From Candidatus Woesebacteria bacterium (lineage in GTDB: Bacteria; Patescibacteriota; Microgenomatia; UBA8517): 64,000 nt of DNA. The notes under the pieces are model-generated. The model saw only the letters and a program-made list of their open reading frames with translations, had not been told where the DNA came from and did not search any database. The DNA is taken from assembly GCA_020061305.1 (NCBI GenBank), contig JAGUYM010000014.1, positions 49,372 to 113,371 of the forward strand, written 5' to 3'. Each line of letters starts with the position of its first letter. Position 1 is the stretch's first letter. Made by a program: the position numbers and the translations under genes. Positions 60,283-64,000 of the stretch are shown in pieces.

Positions 60283-61432
60283 GTTTATTTATAAAAATAA
60301 CTCCCCAAGTATTGACTAGAATCGAAACAAAAAGAAGAAACCAGTGAATTTTGCCCAGATTAATTTTTGATAACTTCTTAATAAGAATTAGCATTAAGAA
60401 GGGATAAAAGTCAACAGCAAAACGATATCCAAATTGTGTAAAACCAGTCCCTCCGTGAGAAGCCACTATAAAAAGTGTAATTATGATTGATATCCAAGAA
60501 AGTTTAATAATTTTATCGCATTTGCTTTTAATGAAAGCAAGTAGAAATATTGGGGATGTTAAAAGTATGGACATTCCTCCCAAGGACGGAATTAAATAAG
60601 GAAAATCTTTGCTGATAATAGGTAGTTTTAAAAACATTATTTTTAAATTTTTCTCTAGATATACAGGGTTCCAAAGTCCTTTATCAAACCATGGTGAAGT
60701 ATCAACATCAGGTATTAAACTGTAACCGTTACTTAAAGGATTTCCAAACCGTGCATAGTTATAATAAAAACCAAATCCAGCAAAAATTGAGAATGTTAAA
60801 ATCAGCATTGATAATTTTTTTAATTTTTTAAATTTCTTCCAGTTCATAATTACTATTAATGGAAATGTTAGTGCCATGTGACTTCTAGATAAAAAAGTCA
60901 ATCCCATGAGAATACCCAATAGGACTGGCCTTGATTTATCAATTATTTCCAAAAGAGTCCATGTTAAAAAAAATGCGGACACAAGTTGACCGAGATACCA
61001 TGTAGAACCAATTGAAGATAAGTACCAGACAATTGAACCCAGTCCAATTGCTACACTTGAAAATATTGCAAGTCTAATATCTTTTTTGATTTTTAAAGAA
61101 AGTAAATAAGTTGTGATAACAATACCCATACCAAAAAGATGGCCAAAGATGTGTTGTGGAAATTCTCTACCTAGAAAATACACAAAGGGCATGATAAGAA
61201 TTGCCGGTGCTGGTGGATTCGTTACATAAAATTTATTTTCATCAAGTGGTACTTTTTCAAGCCAGGGATAAGTTCCTTCAATATAAAATTTTCCTTTTAA
61301 AAATGCTTCTGCAAGAAGCATAAAATGGTTGTAGACAGTTTCACCTGGGGATGTTGTTGTATAAACCCCAAAAATAAATATTGATATAATTATTGCTACC
61401 AGCCAAGATTTATTGCCCATATTACTCCCCAA
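60263..61432 (-). CDS. GT-C-like polytopic membrane protein (paralog 1)
   Basis: YV-PP, TWY, YNY-RFGN, QFGYRF--D. Confidence 0.75.
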   Translation of the reverse strand: MGSNMGNKSWLVAIIISIFIFGVYTTTSPGETVYNHFMLLAEAFLKGKFYIEGTYPWLEKVPLDENKFYVTNPPAPAILIMPFVYFLGREFPQHIFGHLFGMGIVITTYLLSLKIKKDIRLAIFSSVAIGLGSIVWYLSSIGSTWYLGQLVSAFFLTWTLLEIIDKSRPVLLGILMGLTFLSRSHMALTFPLIVIMNWKKFKKLKKLSMLILTFSIFAGFGFYYNYARFGNPLSNGYSLIPDVDTSPWFDKGLWNPVYLEKNLKIMFLKLPIISKDFPYLIPSLGGMSILLTSPIFLLAFIKSKCDKIIKLSWISIIITLFIVASHGGTGFTQFGYRFAVDFYPFLMLILIKKLSKINLGKIHWFLLFVSILVNTWGVIFINKLNFVGW

Positions 61433-62571
61433 AAATTAACTATTATAGAAATAAAAATTAAAAATAAATTGAGCTTTGTAAGTTTAAAATTTATTGATAG
61501 CACTATCATTAAAAAAACAATGTAATCTAATATAAATCTATATCCAAATTGCACCCACCCTTGCATTACATGGAGTAAGCTTGGGACGGCAACAATAAGC
61601 GCAGTTATTAAATTAATCCTTTCAATTTTTTGCTTATGTTTTTGAAAAAATAATAGTAACAACAACGGAGAAGTAAAAACAATCCCCATACCAAATGGCG
61701 ATGGTTTTAAATGATTAATTATTCCATCCTTTATGTCAATATCAGGTGGCATTATAAAAAGTGTATAGAGGTGTTGTGGAATATTTTTAATATCAAAATA
61801 ACCAAAAACCGTTTTTTGATTATCAATAACCTGCCGAATTGTATATGGATAGGAGGATGTCGCATATTGATTATAGACATTCCTGTATCCATTTTCAAAA
61901 ACATTTCCAAATCTAAGATAATTGTAGCCAAGTGTAATAGGTACAAAAATACTAGCACCCAATATAAATAAATATATTTTTTTGTTTTTAAAGCCAGACG
62001 AAAGTAAATAAAATATACCAGCAAGTAATATCGGAAGGCGTGTAAGTGATGCCAGTGTGAAGAAAATACCTGAAAATAAAGGTTTTTGGTTAAAATGTAA
62101 AATTAATGAAATCAAAAGGTAAAAGATTGATACTACATGGGCAAAATACCAGGTGGTTCCAACAACAGCTGACCAAAAGTGAACCGTTCCCAGTGCAAAG
62201 AATATTGAAAGTATGACCGCTTTCGTTTTGTCAGTAAATTTGATCAGTAGGAAATAAATGAGTGAAATATTTAGTGCACCAATAATTACAGATACCTGTT
62301 GCTGTGTGATGTCTTTAACAGTTAAAATGAAAGGTATCAAAAGAATTGATGCACCTGGGGGAAAGGGAACATAAGTTCTACCATCAAAGATGACTTTGTC
62401 ATGGTAGAATTCAGGGAGATTGGGGATATCTACCCTTCCTGCGATGAGCGATTTTCCAAGATACAGATAGTGGTCATACCAATTGCGAGGATTTGGGTAA
62501 ATATATAAATAAATAATAACTACCCCAGTAAATAAAAGAATTGGAATTGAAAAATGACGAAAAAATTTCAT
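61396..62571 (-). CDS. GT-C-like polytopic membrane protein (paralog 2)
   Basis: Same motifs as its neighbour (YVPFPP, TTWY, YNYLRFGN, QFGYRF-LD). Confidence 0.75.
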   Translation of the reverse strand: MKFFRHFSIPILLFTGVVIIYLYIYPNPRNWYDHYLYLGKSLIAGRVDIPNLPEFYHDKVIFDGRTYVPFPPGASILLIPFILTVKDITQQQVSVIIGALNISLIYFLLIKFTDKTKAVILSIFFALGTVHFWSAVVGTTWYFAHVVSIFYLLISLILHFNQKPLFSGIFFTLASLTRLPILLAGIFYLLSSGFKNKKIYLFILGASIFVPITLGYNYLRFGNVFENGYRNVYNQYATSSYPYTIRQVIDNQKTVFGYFDIKNIPQHLYTLFIMPPDIDIKDGIINHLKPSPFGMGIVFTSPLLLLLFFQKHKQKIERINLITALIVAVPSLLHVMQGWVQFGYRFILDYIVFLMIVLSINFKLTKLNLFLIFISIIVNFWGVIWAINLGW

Positions 62572-63999
62572 AAAACTAATTTTAACATTTTCTTTTTTTT
62601 AATTGTTGCCTTAATTTTTAGATTGTTTTTGGCAAATTTTGGAACCTTACAATTGGATCATGGGACCTTTGTGGCTTGGTCAAATTCATTGGTGAAAAAT
62701 GGATTTAGGAGTTTTTATTCGGGTTGGTCAGATTACTTGCCTGGATATTTATATATATTGTGGGCATTGGGAAAAGTTAATATAACTCCTGAATTTCAGA
62801 CAATTTTATTTAAATTGCCGGCAATATTCGCTGATCTTGCAACAGGGTATTTAATATACAAGATAGTTGGTAAAAAACATGGTCTTTTAGCTTCAATATT
62901 TTATATATTTAATCCTGCAATTTTTGCCAATTCTACTCTTTGGGGTCAAGCTGATAGTCTGACTGCACTTTTCTCTCTTTTGTCTGTTTATCTAATGCCT
63001 AGTGCCTACTCTGCTATTGCCTTGGCTATTGGTACTCTTATAAAACCACAAGCTGCTTTTGTTCTCCCCGCAATACTTTACTTGATGTTTGTTCATAAAA
63101 TTGGGTTTAAGAAATTTTTAGCATTTGGATTTTTGGCGTTTACGACTTTCGTTGCAGGCTTTATTCCTTTTGACAATACAGATAACTTATTTAATTTTAT
63201 TTTTACTCGACTTTCAATTTCGGCTAATCAATATCCATATGGATCAGTTAATGCATTTTCATTTTGGGGGCTTTTTGGTTTTTGGAAAAGCGACCTGAAT
63301 TTCTGGTGGATAGGTCTTGGTGTGTCAATTATTCTAATTACCCTAATTACACTAATTATCCTAAAAAAGAAAATTCAAAATGGCGGATATCTAATTTCTA
63401 GTGTCTCCCTTCTAATTACTTTTCTCTTTATGACTAGAATGCATGAAAGACATTCGCTTCCAGTTTTAGCTCCACTTTTGGTGTCAGCCTTTACTAATCA
63501 CCTTCTTTTTATTCCATATTTACTTTTATCTTTAACTTATGTTGCTAATCTAACTTACGCTTATCAATGGATAACATATAATTACAAGGAAATATTTAAC
63601 CCAGTTTTAATTAAGGGTTTTATTTTATTAAATATTACATCCTTAGTAATTTATCTAGTTTCTTTTTTTAAAAAAATAATTCTTAATTTTAAGCCCAAAT
63701 TCCAAAAAATAAGTCAAAACATGAATTTTTCAACAAAAGATATATCTATAAAAAAAGCCAATGTCTTCTTGGTCTTGATTTTAGCCTTTAGTTTTACAGT
63801 AAGGGTACTGAATCTTTCAAAACCTGATGTTATGTATTTTGATGAGATATATCACGCTTTTACAGCCAGACTGGTTTTACATAATGACCCCAAAGCTTGG
63901 GAATGGTGGAACCCACATCCTGAGGGTTTTGCTTATGAATGGACTCACCCCCCCCTTTCAAAACTTGGAATGGCTTTGGGAATGAGGATATTTGGTGAT
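62554..63999 (+). CDS. GT-C glycosyltransferase with PMT-like second domain (runs off the window)
   Basis: Manual translation: SDYLPGYLY, KLPAI-ADL, FNPA, WGQADS, KPQ, RMHERH, then YFDEIYH...WTHPPLSK. Confidence 0.85.
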   Translation, partial: MTKKFHKTNFNIFFFLIVALIFRLFLANFGTLQLDHGTFVAWSNSLVKNGFRSFYSGWSDYLPGYLYILWALGKVNITPEFQTILFKLPAIFADLATGYLIYKIVGKKHGLLASIFYIFNPAIFANSTLWGQADSLTALFSLLSVYLMPSAYSAIALAIGTLIKPQAAFVLPAILYLMFVHKIGFKKFLAFGFLAFTTFVAGFIPFDNTDNLFNFIFTRLSISANQYPYGSVNAFSFWGLFGFWKSDLNFWWIGLGVSIILITLITLIILKKKIQNGGYLISSVSLLITFLFMTRMHERHSLPVLAPLLVSAFTNHLLFIPYLLLSLTYVANLTYAYQWITYNYKEIFNPVLIKGFILLNITSLVIYLVSFFKKIILNFKPKFQKISQNMNFSTKDISIKKANVFLVLILAFSFTVRVLNLSKPDVMYFDEIYHAFTARLVLHNDPKAWEWWNPHPEGFAYEWTHPPLSKLGMALGMRIFGD

Positions 64000-64000
64000 A

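Overview
AT-rich, very gene-dense chromosomal window. The gene content (PrgI/VirB4/VirB6-type locus, DUF4012, VanW, GT-C enzymes, short ValS, TsaC-TsaE fusion) points to a Patescibacteria (CPR) bacterium, most like Microgenomates; the taxonomy is my inference. It spans a comM/yifB gene, a T4SS-like operon interrupted by an accessory island, the replication origin (dnaN-oriC-dnaA-rpmH-rnpA-yidD-yidC-jag), valS, tsaD/tsaC-E, groES/groEL and hsp20 with CIRCE elements, tRNA-Cys, glycosylation genes, two TA pairs, metG, rmuC, two UvrD-family helicases, two FemAB genes and an LCP gene. The most unusual signals are five. (1) A window-wide set of imperfect 7-nt tandem arrays, many inserted in-frame in loops of core proteins. 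(2) A four-helix-bundle (IVP/Avd-like) gene bracketed by inverted arms of one such array, next to three direct-repeat-delimited gene cassettes that each carry their own promoter. (3) A promoter whose entire -35/-10 spacer is a (AAG)7 microsatellite. (4) A ~115-bp non-autonomous IS200/IS605-like element. (5) Pervasive leaderless and back-to-back promoters. All calls come from manual reading; no database searches were run.
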